A stretch of 64,000 nt of DNA, taken from contig OZ316894.1 in NCBI GenBank assembly GCA_973895155.1, positions 4,736,944 to 4,800,943 of the forward strand. The letters are read 5' to 3'. The notes under the pieces are model-generated. The model had not been told where the DNA came from, did no database searches, and saw nothing but the letters and a program-made list of their open reading frames with translations. The translations under genes were made by a program, and so were the position numbers. Source of the DNA: Marsupella aquatica (Eukaryota > Plantae > Marchantiophyta). Below, piece after piece: positions 39,895 through 52,100 of the stretch; the stretch's first letter is position 1; the number at the start of each line of letters is the position of its first letter.

Positions 39895-42856
39895 ATGTTC
39901 TCTCCAAAGCTCATTGTTTCATCCATCCATTCTTCCTCTGTGGCATCGCTGCAACCGACTTCGTGGGCATCACAATCGTCACTGCGAACGAGGGGATTCA
40001 TATGCAACCCTTTCCTCGGAGCCTCCTGGAACTCTGTTTCAAGGGAAAGGAGGCAGCCAAGGAGGCATTTGGTACTGCGTGATGATGATGAGGCTGTGTT
40101 GAACCATTCGCGGAAATCTCTTCGCGCCGTCGCCACAGGTGACTCTCAGCCTCCTTCTTCCCCCCCTCCCTTTCTTTCTCTTGGTTTCTAGCTTGCGCCC
40201 AAAATGCTCTTGCCAATTTTTAACGAGCTCAGAGGAACAGTGAAGCGAAGCTCCACACTCTCTCCATTGTTGGTCACCAGAGGAAATCAAGAGGAAATCG
40301 AGAATGTCATTTACATAGAGTGGCCAGAATTATAGAAAAGATGGAATGTTCCTGAGTTCTGCTCAAGTGGAGGAAGGATGTCCTTAAACCCCTGACCCGA
40401 CTTTTCATCAAATTTTATAGTTGTGGTTTGATGGCAAATGCCTCCCCGGACTTACGATCGCCTCGGAATGTCACAAGTTTTACGATTTAGGACATGGTTG
40501 TTGGCAAAATAGAATTTCCCTTCTCTCCAGAAGTTATCCACAGTGACACTGTGGATTTAATCCGAAGAATGTGCATTAGTCATGTACCAGAATCATAGTG
40601 CGGATTTGCTAAATGCTTGCTGTTCTAATAGAGGGAAATCATACTCCAGCACACTCATAGCATCCGTCTTTATCAGTAAGACAAGATCTAATATGCGATA
40701 AAATGTGCTCGCAGCTACTACCAGCTACTACCCGTTTGTTCCTATGTTAAGGCCTCGAGGCAACAGTTGGCAGAATATTTTTCTGCTTAGTTAAGGTCCC
40801 TTCTAGGTGAGACTACCGCAGTCATTGAAGATCATACTTCTGAGGAGTTACAATTAAACTTCGTTAATATTTATGCGAAATTGAATTCAAATTGATGAGT
40901 GTAGCTTTGAAAATTGTTGTGCATGATTCAGCCTCAGAAAACGGCAATAAGGCTTGGACCGGGGAGGTTGGGGAAGTTGCTAAGGCCGTGCAACGAAAGA
41001 CAGACCTCCAAGTCGTGTTAGTTTCGCCACAGGTTATCTATAATACATATATTTGGTCTTTGGATAAATTGGAAGGATTATAGGATATGAAAATGTTTAT
41101 TTCTGAAGGTTCACTTCTACCGTTCTCCAAAACTATTTTGTAGGATGAGCTATCAAAAGTTGACTTCAAGGCAGACTTATTTCATGGCATGTATCACCAA
41201 TGTCGAGTCCTGCAGACTATATGGTGACTAAACGGCAATTCGTTTCTTGGGCAGATACCGGGAAACACAGGATGTATTGCTAGAAGTTGTGCTGCTGCAG
41301 CAGTTGGCTTGCACCTCGTTGAGGTAGTGTTTGACGGCCTTATTACCGTAGATGGTGATTCTTTCAGTACCTGCTTACCTTTCTGTCTGTGTGCTTTTCT
41401 GCTTTTACTTTCCAAGAAGCGGCAGTGTCTGCAATAGCTGTTAAGATTTGTTACTCTAAGACAGTCTCTAAACAAAGACTTTGCAAGTAACATAGACCAT
41501 GCCAATGAAGTGGTTGTCGATTGGTGATTGACTCATTGTTTCAGAAGTTTACCAAGTTCAATGAAAGTTTGGTTGTAGCATGAAGCATTCTCATGGTTAT
41601 CCGATGGCAGCCAATATACTACCTTGGGAATAATTTGTGCTTTATAATTGTCTTGCAGCCGTTGGGGTTTGAGATAAACAGTGCAAAGTTGAAGCGCGCT
41701 GGCCTTGATTACTGGCCGTATCCTGTCACTATACTTTGTCCTTGTCCTTGTTTTTGTTTTCTCATTTCTAGGTTCCAAATTCAATCCTATCTACCTCTAC
41801 TATCTTAAATCAACAATACAACCTTTCCGTACCAGATCTAGAGGTGGACGACACCATCTACACCGATAATTCTTACTCTTCAATTTTGTAGTGGGCCCAC
41901 CTTGTTCTTCATGTTCGAACTGGAATGCTGGAACTCGGTGATACATGTTACCACTTCATATGGCAGAAACTGGTTCTGCTGTTTCGATACAACATTTCTA
42001 GGCATGGGCAATTCCTCCTTAGCATAGATTCAACGCATGCCAAAGTGAAATTCCCGCGTTGAAATTGAGTCCAGTTTTATGTATACAAACTGGCCTTCGG
42101 TAACAAGACGTCAGCCTAGAAATAACCATCTTTCCTTCAATTTTGGAAAATGTAAACTACAATATCTACTATGTTTTTCCTGTTAACTGTACATGTTGCA
42201 GATATGTTGTCGTAAAAGTGCATAAATCCTGGGCTGAGTTCTCAAAATACTTTCAGGAGCAGGTCATCTCCCTGCCCTGTCTGACAGTAGAAGATTCCTT
42301 GTTTACTTCATCCAATTGTGTTGGCACGGTCGTTTGTTGGCTTGTCGTGGGTCCTCTTGGAATAGATCTGACTTCAGTTTCGTTCAGACTCGTAATAAAA
42401 CGTTGCTTAACCATCGTGTTCAATATTTTGCAGGAGGGGGACAAACGACTCTTAGGGTTTACCAAGACAGGAAATGTATCTCATACGGTCTGGTTTCTTC
42501 TCCTTCCCTCTCCCTCCGCGTAATCTTCTGACAAATCTGTGATGAGAGAGGGTTTGACTGTTGTGCATGGCCTGATCTTGCAGGCAGTGAAGTACAGGAA
42601 AGGGGATTGGCTTCTTTTTGGCTCTGAAACTGAGGGCCTTCCAGATGCTGCTATTGAGGAGTGCGTGGGTGATAAACATGGAGGTGGTCTAGTGCGTATC
42701 CCTATAGACGAAACTTACGTTCGCTGTCTAAATCTTTCAGTAGCTGCTGGCATTGGCATATATGAAGCTCTTCGACAGCTGGGTTGCACAGACAGCATGA
42801 TGCAAAGACCTGTCAAAGATTTGGTCCCCATGGAAAGGGAAGATATATTCTGTTAA
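39895..42856 (+). CDS. trmL: tRNA (cytidine/uridine(34)-2'-O)-methyltransferase, TrmL/SpoU family, probably organelle-targeted
   Basis: Exons 39895-40138, 40932-41032 (LQVVLVSPQ), 41255-41323 (IPGNTGCIARSCAA...LHLVE), 41659-41717 (PLGFEINSAKLKRAGLDYWP), 42202-42262, 42434-42487 and 42584-42856 (GDWLLFGSETEGLP...VRCLNLSVAAGIGIYEALRQL). These are SPOUT motifs. The N-terminus is transit-peptide-like and the start codon is less certain. Confidence 0.9.
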
Positions 42857-44789
42857 GGCTAAGTTTGGCCGAGTTCATAAACCTGATTCTTAGAAAGGAT
42901 TGATTCTGAATTCAAGAAAGTCACTGAGCAAAACATAGAAAGAAGCTTGATGGTTGAAGTGCGCTCTGGTTTAACAACAAATCATTCGGTTCTTTCGTAT
43001 CTTTGCCACTTTTCTGTTAATTGTATGATGGATTGCACTTGGGGACGGTCTCTCCAACCATCCCCCACCACCCTTCGCTTCCCAAAGTCGGAAGCTGATG
43101 ACCCATGGGGCTCAAGTTGAATATGGGCTGTGATGTATCGTCAATTTCAAGTCAGCCAAAGGGCTGGTGAATCTTTCTAGTTGGAACTTGTGATGCTTCA
43201 GTGGACGAATGTTACTCTGTTCACCAGAATAGCTCGAGATACTCATCAAATGAGCACTGTTGATAAAGACATACCTTAGACATCCAATGAAGACTCGTTG
43301 ACAAGTGGAAGGCATTGATATTCGCTACATGGCGACCTCCATAAAGTGCAAGGGCTCGGTTACAGCCAGCTTCTTGCACTCATCAAACATCGCAAGTTTC
43401 CAGACAGTGCAATTCTGGTATGTATAACGTTTTCCACACGCTTGCATCAAATGGTTGCACTGACTGGTACTTGAAATTTCAAGGCAACACTGCTCTAACG
43501 AAGATTCATGAGCTTTAGCACTTCTCGAGGTCTCGAATATATTATAACTTAAGCCAAACAATGTTCCTATGCTATATTCTATGTCTGGGTCCTGCCCATA
43601 GACTGGGGACTATCAGGTTCGCTTAATAAATGTATATTCAAATTTCAGTCTCTGACAAAATCTAAAGGGTTTAGGTACTGTGTGAAACTTGAATGCAAAG
43701 CTCTGATGGATTGAGGGGTTTGATTCGCCCGGCCCATCCCCATGGACTGTGCAAGTCGTCAGCAAGTTTACACCAAAGAAAAAGGAATGGACTGTGTTTT
43801 GGATGGAATTTTGGGATAGATGCTTCACTTTTCCTTGGAAATAGATGCTTCACTTTTGGGATAGATGTTTCACTTTTGTGAAGAACACCCCAAATAGTTT
43901 TTCCTTGCACCATGACCAACCGTCCTGGACCATGATCAACCGTCAATGCTGGTTGGTACACTCGTCTATATATTTGGATAACTTTTGAATATATGTTTAA
44001 ACTCAAACTTTTCCAGCATGTTCTCCAATGTCCAATCTATGACCCAACAAAGTTTGAGACTTTTGGGGATCATTAGCTCCATTTCTGATGAACACTATGA
44101 GTAAGAGGAGCAATTTCAGAAGCTCAGTAGTTTGTGATGGATGCTAGGAGGAACCAGCAATCTCACAAACGAGAGGCAAAAAAGTCTCAGTCCCGTTCTA
44201 CTAACACCGCCCCATGCTACATATGACCAGGTAGAGTGACTGAACAGGGTGCAAACAGTGACTTCCCCATCAATAGGTCACATTTCAGTCAAAATTGTAA
44301 AAGGTGCTACACAAGTCCTTTTAGATGTCCTAAACCAGTCTGTTAGAGGTTTGAAAATCCATCCAGGCTTTACACTAGTGAAACTAGGTCAAATTTTATA
44401 ATGCATATTTCAGGAGTATTGTATAGGGTATATTGTACATTGCAGTGGGAAAATGCTCATTCATTGATTTTAAAGTTAAAAAAAAGTGACATTTGTAGAA
44501 CTCGTTTATAGTATAAGGCTCTATAACTTCGTTGGGTGTCTCCTTTTTCCTCATGCCCCCCTTTATTGGGTCTTTCGCCATTGGGATCCTGTCGCCTTGT
44601 TAGGCCTGTTTATTCTTTGGCTTTGGGCATGCACTAGCGTGGGGGTCCCTAGCGTAATCCAATGTACCAAACCTATATTGGATGTCTGGCACTGCCCCTA
44701 GTCCAATTTGTTCCCACAAGCTACATTTGATGTCTTGGCAAAGTGCCAGTCGAATATTTGCATTCTCCTGGTATGGGACCATGTGAAGC

Positions 44790-45215
44790 CATGCGCTGGG
44801 CATGTAGGCTCCATGGGTTTCTGTGACCCTCCCTTGTGGGCCCATGTGGTGCCATGTGATTGGCATGTGGGTTTTGTGGGCTTCATGGGTTTCTGTGACC
44901 CCTCCCTTGTAGGATTCTTGTAGGGCATTGACTTCCGTGATCTTTAGAGGGGGCTGTCCTGTAGTTATTTCAATATAGCATACTCATCCTGGAACATGAG
45001 TAGTTATTTTTAATACTGGGAATCCCCAACTAAAACTTAAACGAAGGCTCCCAAAACATGTGTAACAAAGAACTTAGGGCGGCCTTACAAGGCTTGGAGC
45101 CATTGTCTCTTTCTCTTCTCTGTGAAGATTAAATTTGGGTAATATAATGACTGGAAATGGCTGTAGTTTGCTTTACAAGCACTCTAGGGCCCACTCTAGG
45201 GCCCACTCTAGGGCC
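44790..45215. repeat. Small tandem repeats
   Basis: CATGGGTTTCTGTGACCCTCCCTTGT occurs twice (~44812, ~44884), and ACTCTAGGGCCC three times (45181-45216). Confidence 0.8.
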
Positions 45216-47759
45216 CAATCTATAGATCTTAGATTGCAACCAACGGGCCCAAGAAAATGGTGACATGGAGTCATTATTTTGTCTAGAATCTTGGACCATC
45301 TGAATAGTTTTGGACCACCTGAATAGTTCCAAACTTAGGTTCATTCATCAAGTGACTGATAAATGAAGAAAAAGAATTGGGAGTGAAGATTGAACTTAAA
45401 AATAAGGAAAGGACTTAGAGTTGTAAGGTACTACAAACATGGATGGTATAGTCTACCATGGATAAGTGCAGGTGTATAACTGATTCCATGGGTAACTGCA
45501 GGGTGGTCATGTAGTCCCTCAATAATAAGGAAAATTCCTTTGTAAATGCACAAATTAGTTCGTGGACCCTTGACTAGTGCCGATTAGTTCACAGCTTAGA
45601 AGAAATCTTGTTTGAACATTGTGACCTCCAATGCTCTCTAATTGGACAGCCCAGAAAAGTGATTCCATCACAAATTCCACCCATCCACGCAACAGCAGCA
45701 GCTCACTTGGATTCCAATGCATAGCCTACATCAGGACTGATCCTATGTTACCTCTGTCTCCTCTCCTTTTCTCCACAAGCTGCCTCGATACACTAATGAC
45801 ACGAGATTGACCACTGACCAGACCACGAGGTTGGTTGAATTTTACTTGATCGAGCTCTGCAATCAATAAATCACCTCTCTCTCAAATAGAATTATATTAT
45901 GTGTTACGGCATGGTGCCCTAAATTTTACCCAGAACTTGACACAAACACGAAAGAAGGAGTTATTTTAATTTGGAAACAAATCTGTTCTTGTTTGTGACT
46001 GGTTGTACTGATGTGGCACAACCTCATGACAAGGAATTTGCAAGGGACCTCTCATGGGGGTCCGTAAATAATGCACCATCCGTAGTGCAAGTTGCCCGTC
46101 ACTAAAAGACAAATACATAAGGGCATTTTCCCTTTATAAGAATATAGATGCATTAATAAATTATTGCAACACATATGCAGAAGCATTTGTTGATAAGTGC
46201 AGTAGACAACTACACATTATAGTTTCATGTACTTATCCAGTTGAATCATGCATTGCGAGGATTTGAGGCAGAAGTGGATGCATATGACCTGACAAGACAT
46301 TTGTGGAAGTGCATAAGTGATTTCATATGTAGTTATTGGAAAGTGCAATGGACACATATGGAGAAGTGCAACATACACTTATGATGAAGTGCATGATATG
46401 GATAACTGCAGGCTTGGGGTGTTTGCTTGGGAGCCTGCACTTAGACATGTAGACTTCCACAGGGTAGACTATACTATCAAGTAGGGACCATTATGATCGC
46501 AGCCTATTGAGGTATGGAGACCTGTAGAGAGAGATTCCTTACATAGAGGGTCCTTTACATAGGGGTACCTGGATAGACAGAATCCTTACATAGGGGAACT
46601 TACGGGGAGGGACCTTTATAAAGGTTGACCTGTATCGAGGGATTCCTTATAGGGGACATTTATGTAGGGGGATCTGTATTGACGGGTGCCTTATTGTATA
46701 CGAGGGCCTCATAGAGGAGGGACCTTTATATAGGGGGTCCTCGTAGAGAGGGCTGACCAGGTTTTTACTTTGCCAAAGTCCACCTCCATCTGAATCATTT
46801 GGCACTCTTTCTAGGTCTCACTATAGCCAGTGTCTATCCACACTCCAGGGTCCATAAGTCACAATCTGACTGCTCGCCTTAAAATACAGGGAGATCTAAG
46901 GGTCAGGAATTAATTTAGTAAAGTTTGACATAAGCAATGTTCCTTAACATCTCCGAGCTAACACTAGGTACCATTGGCCACTCAGACAAATTTAAAGGTA
47001 GGTAGACTACAATATGGCGGGACTCAGTAGGGACAATCATGTTAGTGCACAAAAAGTTAACATTTTTATTCCTTCCAATTGATCGAGCACAATGAACAAT
47101 CTTCTCTAGATTTCATTTTCTTTACTTTCTCATGCAAGCTGTCAACATTGATAGATGATCAGTCTAGATTTCATTTTCTTTAATTTATGAATGATTTCTG
47201 TCAACCTTGATAAATCATTGCTTTCACATCAAATTGCTTCAAGATATTCCTAGAACATGCATTATAATATTTTAAATAATCTCTCTAGAATTCAATTTTT
47301 TCATTATCAATGATTTATGTCTACATTTATAAACGTTAAAAACATTCCTGGAACATGCGTTATAAGTTTTTTTCAAATATCCATTCAGATGTAACTTTTT
47401 TTCTATGTAAATAATTTCTGTCAACTTTGAGAAATCAATGCTTAGAATCTTGTTAGAACGTGCATCATATCATACACATTTTTAAAATGTTTCACAGACT
47501 ACCTAAAACTTGTCGTGCATCATATGAGAAATGATGCTCTCATGAATCACAAGGTTGGTCTCTGAAAACCCTCAAGGATCACATTTTCCAAAATTTAAGT
47601 ATAATTTAATATACTTGATATTCATAAATTCAAGTTTTTTCCAGCTTTGAGTATGTGCTACAAAAGTAGATAAGCTACACTTCTATCAAACTGACCCGTG
47701 AAATTTTGGCAATTTTGATTGAGGTATTTATAATGAACTAGCTCAATACCTGTGCGTTG

Positions 47760-48500
47760 CACAAAAGAAGTCGTGTCGGCCAAGATGTCATTGAGAAAAA
47801 ATGATGTAGTGTCAGCCAAGAGGTCGTGGAGAAAAAAGATGTAGTGTTGCCTAGGAGTTCGTGGAGAGAAAAGATGTCGTGTTGCCCAAGAGGTTGTGGA
47901 GAGAAAAGATGTCGTGTTGCCCAAGAGGTCGCTGAGAGAAACGATGTCATGTCGCCCAAGAGGTCGTTGAAAGAAAATATATAGTGTCAACCAAGAGGTC
48001 GTGGAGAAAAAAGATGTCTTGTCGCCCAAGAGGTCATTGAGAAAAAAAGATATCGTGTCGGCCAAAAAGACGTTGAGAAAAAAAGATGTCTTGTTGGCCA
48101 AGAAATCATTGAGCAAAAAAATGTCATGTTGGCCAAGAAGTCGTTGAGAAAAAAGACGTTGTGTCGGCCAAGATGTCATTGAGAAAAATTGATCATGTTG
48201 GCGAAGATGTTGTTGAGAAAAAAACGTCATGTCGGCCAAGACATAGTTCACGGAAAATACCCGTGCGTTGCACAAAAGATGTTGTTGAGAAATAAGATGT
48301 CGTGTTGCCCAAGATGTTGTTAAGTGGCAGATGTCACAAAGTAAAAAGATGTCTTAAAAAAATAGTTTTCCCAAACATGCCATTGTGTGAAAGATGTTAT
48401 TAAGAAAAATGTGTCATTTTGCCAAAGATATCGTGAAGTAAAAGATGTTAAAAGAAAAATGGTGTTGTTTCACCCAAGCTATCGTTGTGTGAAAGATGTT
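47760..48500. repeat. ~30-bp minisatellite array (~20+ units) inside the Helitron
   Basis: Consensus approximately AAAGATGTCGTGTTGCCCAAGAGGTCGTTGAGAAA, repeated head-to-tail without spacers. Confidence 0.9.
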
Positions 48501-49149
48501 ATGAAATAAAAAATCAAGGAAACTAAAAAGGAGTGAGTCTTTTTATTTGTTTTATTTTTTTACCCAAAATGCCCATGCATTTGAATGGCGACCACTATAA
48601 ATTGGAGCAACGTTATATTATTGGTTTCAGGTTTAGTGTTTTAGGGTTTAGCTAAGATGACCATTCTCTCGATATCCTTTCAATCCTCGTGCGTTGCATA
48701 ATAGATGTTGTTTGGTTAAAGATGTTGTTGAGAATAGATCGTACGTGGTGCAAAAGATAATCGTTGAATAAAAATAATAATTGTTAAAATACATTATTAC
48801 ACAAAAACTTTTGTTGAGTGAAAGATATCATTATGCAAAATAGAAAATGGGGTCTATGCAAGATAACTAAAAATTAACTAATTTCCAAAGAGTTAAATCT
48901 ATTTTTTAAGAGCAAAAGCCAAAATAATATAATGTCAACCTAGTCTCTTCCCCTTAGTGCTCGCTCCCTACCAAAACCATTATCTCAAGTAAATCTTTTC
49001 ACTTTCATGCCCCATGCCAAATGTACTCTAAATTAATAGACCATAAAATAATATACAGACACTTTAATGCTCCATGCCAAAATAATTATATGCAAGTTAC
49101 AAAATAATTACAGTGACACTTGCAAGTACTTTATGACATATTATAATAT

Positions 49150-49285
49150 TATATTTACCTTGTACTATAACTTACATACCTACCTTGTACTATAATTTAC
49201 CTTGTACTATAACTTACATACTTACCTTTTACTATAATTTACCTTGTATTATAACTTACATACCTACCTTGTACTATAACTTACG
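49150..49285. repeat. ~20-bp tandem array inside the Helitron
   Basis: ACCTTGTACTATAA(C/T)TTAC repeated about 6 times. Confidence 0.9.
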
Positions 49286-49699
49286 GCCAATTTTAGTTTC
49301 CCTTCTCACTCAATCCAAGAGTCATAAATAATTCTAGAAAATATACGGCTTAGCTTTGTTCACTCCTTTTTCATTTTTGTAACGGAGACAAAGGACTAAA
49401 ACTGGCCGGGATTCATTATTATACTAGTAGATTACAAAAAGGTAAATTTTATTAGATTAATTTTTATTGTGTTAAGATATCAGGGCTTGTCTTTTTTATT
49501 CCTTATCTATTATAGTTACCTTGAAGATGAAAAATTCAAAACTATCTTAATGCTTATTAATATCTGGTCAACTTTAGTACTGCGTCCAAACATGGAAGTC
49601 CATCCGGGCTTAATTTTGTAGAAATGCCCTGTAAATAATTTTCAAATATCTTCTTCACATCTAATTCTTTTTCTATATGAATATTTTTTGTCAACAGTG

Positions 49700-50650
49700 A
49701 TGAATCAATGCTTGGAATCTTCTGAGAACGTGCATCATTTTTATATCATACATATTTTTAAAACGTTTCACAGACTACCCAAAACTTTGTACCGAAGCTC
49801 TCAAGTATTCAATCATTATTTATGTTTTGCCGAACCTAAGAAGAACGTGCATCATTTCATACCATACATATTCGTAAAACGTTTCACAGTCTACCTAAAA
49901 CTCTGTACCGAAGGTCTCAAGTATTCAATCATTAGTTATTTTCTGCCGAACCTGGTTACTGGACGAGAGCTGGAGCTCTCAAGTATTCAATCATTATTTA
50001 TGTTTCGCCTAACCTGGTTACTGGAGGAGAGCTGGAGCTCTCCACTATTCCATCATTATTTATTTGTTGCCAAACCTGGTTGAACCTGGTTACTGGAGGA
50101 GAGCTGCAGCTCTCAAGTATTCTATCATTATTTATTTATATTTTGTTGCCGACCCTGGTTACTGGAGGAGAGCTGGAGCCTATTTATTTGTTGCCGAACC
50201 TGGTTATTGGAAGAGAGGTGGAGCCTGGAGAGGAGAGGTCAATAGTTCCAAAGGGCACCCACAGGGCACTCCAAAGGAAAGGAAAGGAGGTCGAGTGCAC
50301 CACAAAGGTAGCCTTTCATCACTCCCGAGCCTATTTATTTGTTGCCGAACCTGGTAACTGGAGGAGAGCTGGAGCCTGGAGAGGAGAGGTCAACGGTTCC
50401 AAAGGACACTCCACAGGGCACTCCAAAGGAAAGGAAAGGAAAGGAGGTCGAGGATACGACAAAGGTGGGCTTTCATCAATCCCGAGCCTATTTATTTGTT
50501 GCCGAACCTGGTTACTGGAGGAGAGCTGGAGCCTGGAGAGCAGAGGGGAGGAGAGGTCAACAGTTCCAAAGGGCACTCACAGGGCAGTACAAAGGAAAGG
50601 AAAGGAAAGGAGGTCGAGGAGATGACAAAGGTGGGCTTTCATCACTCCTC
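49700..50650. repeat. Compound tandem array (subterminal-repeat-like)
   Basis: Many copies of GCCGAACCTGGTTACTGGAGGAGAGCTGGAGC, and three ~150-bp higher-order units at 50180-50650. The AGAACGTGCATCAT...TTTCACAG.CTACC motif is shared with 47455-47515. Confidence 0.85.
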
Positions 50651-52100
50651 ACTTCTGTCGGCTGAACCCCGTGATGATCCGATCGATGTCCGTACCAGGA
50701 AATCCTCGAGGCGATCACGCAATGTCTCGGCTGTAGTGCTGTTGCAAGTATGATGAGCAATTCTGACGATGTGCTCTACTCCGCCACTCTCTTTTATTCG
50801 GTGCCCCTCCATCACTCTGCCCTCTTCTCGTCTAGCTTGTTGCTATCGTCATCTCGCCTTGGAAGCTTGGAAGTGTTGTGGGAAGAGAGTATGATTGATG
50901 AATTGTGACGATGCCCTCCACTCCGCCACCCTCGTTTGTTCGGTGCGCCACCATCACTCTGCGCTCTTCCTCTAGCTTGCTACCGTCATCACCGTGGAAG
51001 CGTTGAAGTGTTGTTGGTGAAGAAAGAGTGAATGATGGCCTTGACGTCGTATCAGTCTCGTTGAGGCTTGGCTCTTGGTCTAGCATACTATCGTCGTCGT
51101 TTTGCTGTTGTGGGAAGAACGAATGATGGCCTTGACCTCGTCTCAGTGGGCAAGGACTCGCTACCTTTGAGGTTGCACACGCGTCCGGCCTCCGGGCGAA
51201 AGGAAAGGGAGAAGAAGGAGGAAGAAGAATGTTCACCGCTATCGTCGAAACGTCGTTGCGGTTTCGATCTGGGCAGAATCATCCTCTAGCGAACTGTCGT
51301 TGCCTTTGTTGTTTTTGTGGTCGATCGGCTTCTGGTACAGCTGCGCCGCCTGATTTGGCTTTGTACTCCGAGAGCTGAACCGGGCGGCTCTCTCTCTGTT
51401 TCTCTGTGTTTTTCTCTATCTCTCTCGGGACAGTCGAGCGTCGCGAGGCGACCATTGAGGAGTCGTCGTGCTGTGGGGCTAGCGGGAGCGGTTCTAACAC
51501 TGTCCCTGGCAGCCTCACTTCTGCCGCCTCTGGTGAGCTTTTACTTTTGGCACTCCGCAGCTCACCGCCTTAATTAATCATCAGCCCGTTCGTGTTTACC
51601 GCATTCGTCTCTCGTCCTAGCTGCTTTCTGAACTCGGAAGGGTAGGTCGGTGTTACTTAATCCTGGGAAATTGTCACCTAATTTTATGGAAGGGTTTCAC
51701 GCAGGCACTGAAGGTTAGTGAAGAATAGCACTCATATTGCATTCGACCTTCATTTAGAGCTCAGGGCTGGTCTTCTTACGCAAATTTGGATATTTAGAAA
51801 TTTATTTAGTGAACGGCCATCTTCGTGCAAGCGCTGAGCTAAAAGTTCCAAAGTTGTTTTTTTTAAGTGTACGCCTTCTTGTGAAGTCCGTCTTACAACT
51901 TTATGAGGTGGCTGCCATTCCAGGAATTCCGTATGAGTGAGGCAAGTCTAGGTGAGAAGTTTGAGAGGAGTTATTTGCAGCAGGGTAGGCCTAAACCCTA
52001 GCGAGGTTTGTGGACCTGGATTTTATCCGAGGTCGTGTTTCGCGGGTTGTGCGAAATTCGGGAGGGGAGTTGAAGATGGGAAGCTGTTAGGCTCGAGTGA

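Larger units (their letters stand above)
47738..49431 (-). mobile_element. Non-autonomous Helitron (~1.7 kb) containing minisatellite arrays
   Basis: The minus strand begins TCTACTAGTATAATAATG at 49431 and ends ...TGTGCAACGCACAGGTATTGAGCTAG at 47738, with a short TGTGC/GCACA hairpin ~12 nt before CTAG. It sits between A and T with no TSD. Removing it rejoins the interspersed repeat (TATAATGAA|TTACAAAAAGGTAAATTTTATTAG, compare 25801-25833). Confidence 0.85.

Noticed and set aside
43112-43561. Two in-frame short minus-strand ORFs with vague LRR-like spacing
   Set aside because: No convincing motif; a pseudogene call cannot be supported without a homology search.
47658-48275. 205-aa ORF on the minus strand
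   Set aside because: It is the translation of the minisatellite and has no domain.
47760-48500. Regular ~30-bp repeats resembling a CRISPR array (also 49900-50650, 62426-62588)
   Set aside because: Units are contiguous and degenerate with no unique spacers, there are no cas genes, and the context is eukaryotic. These are minisatellites.
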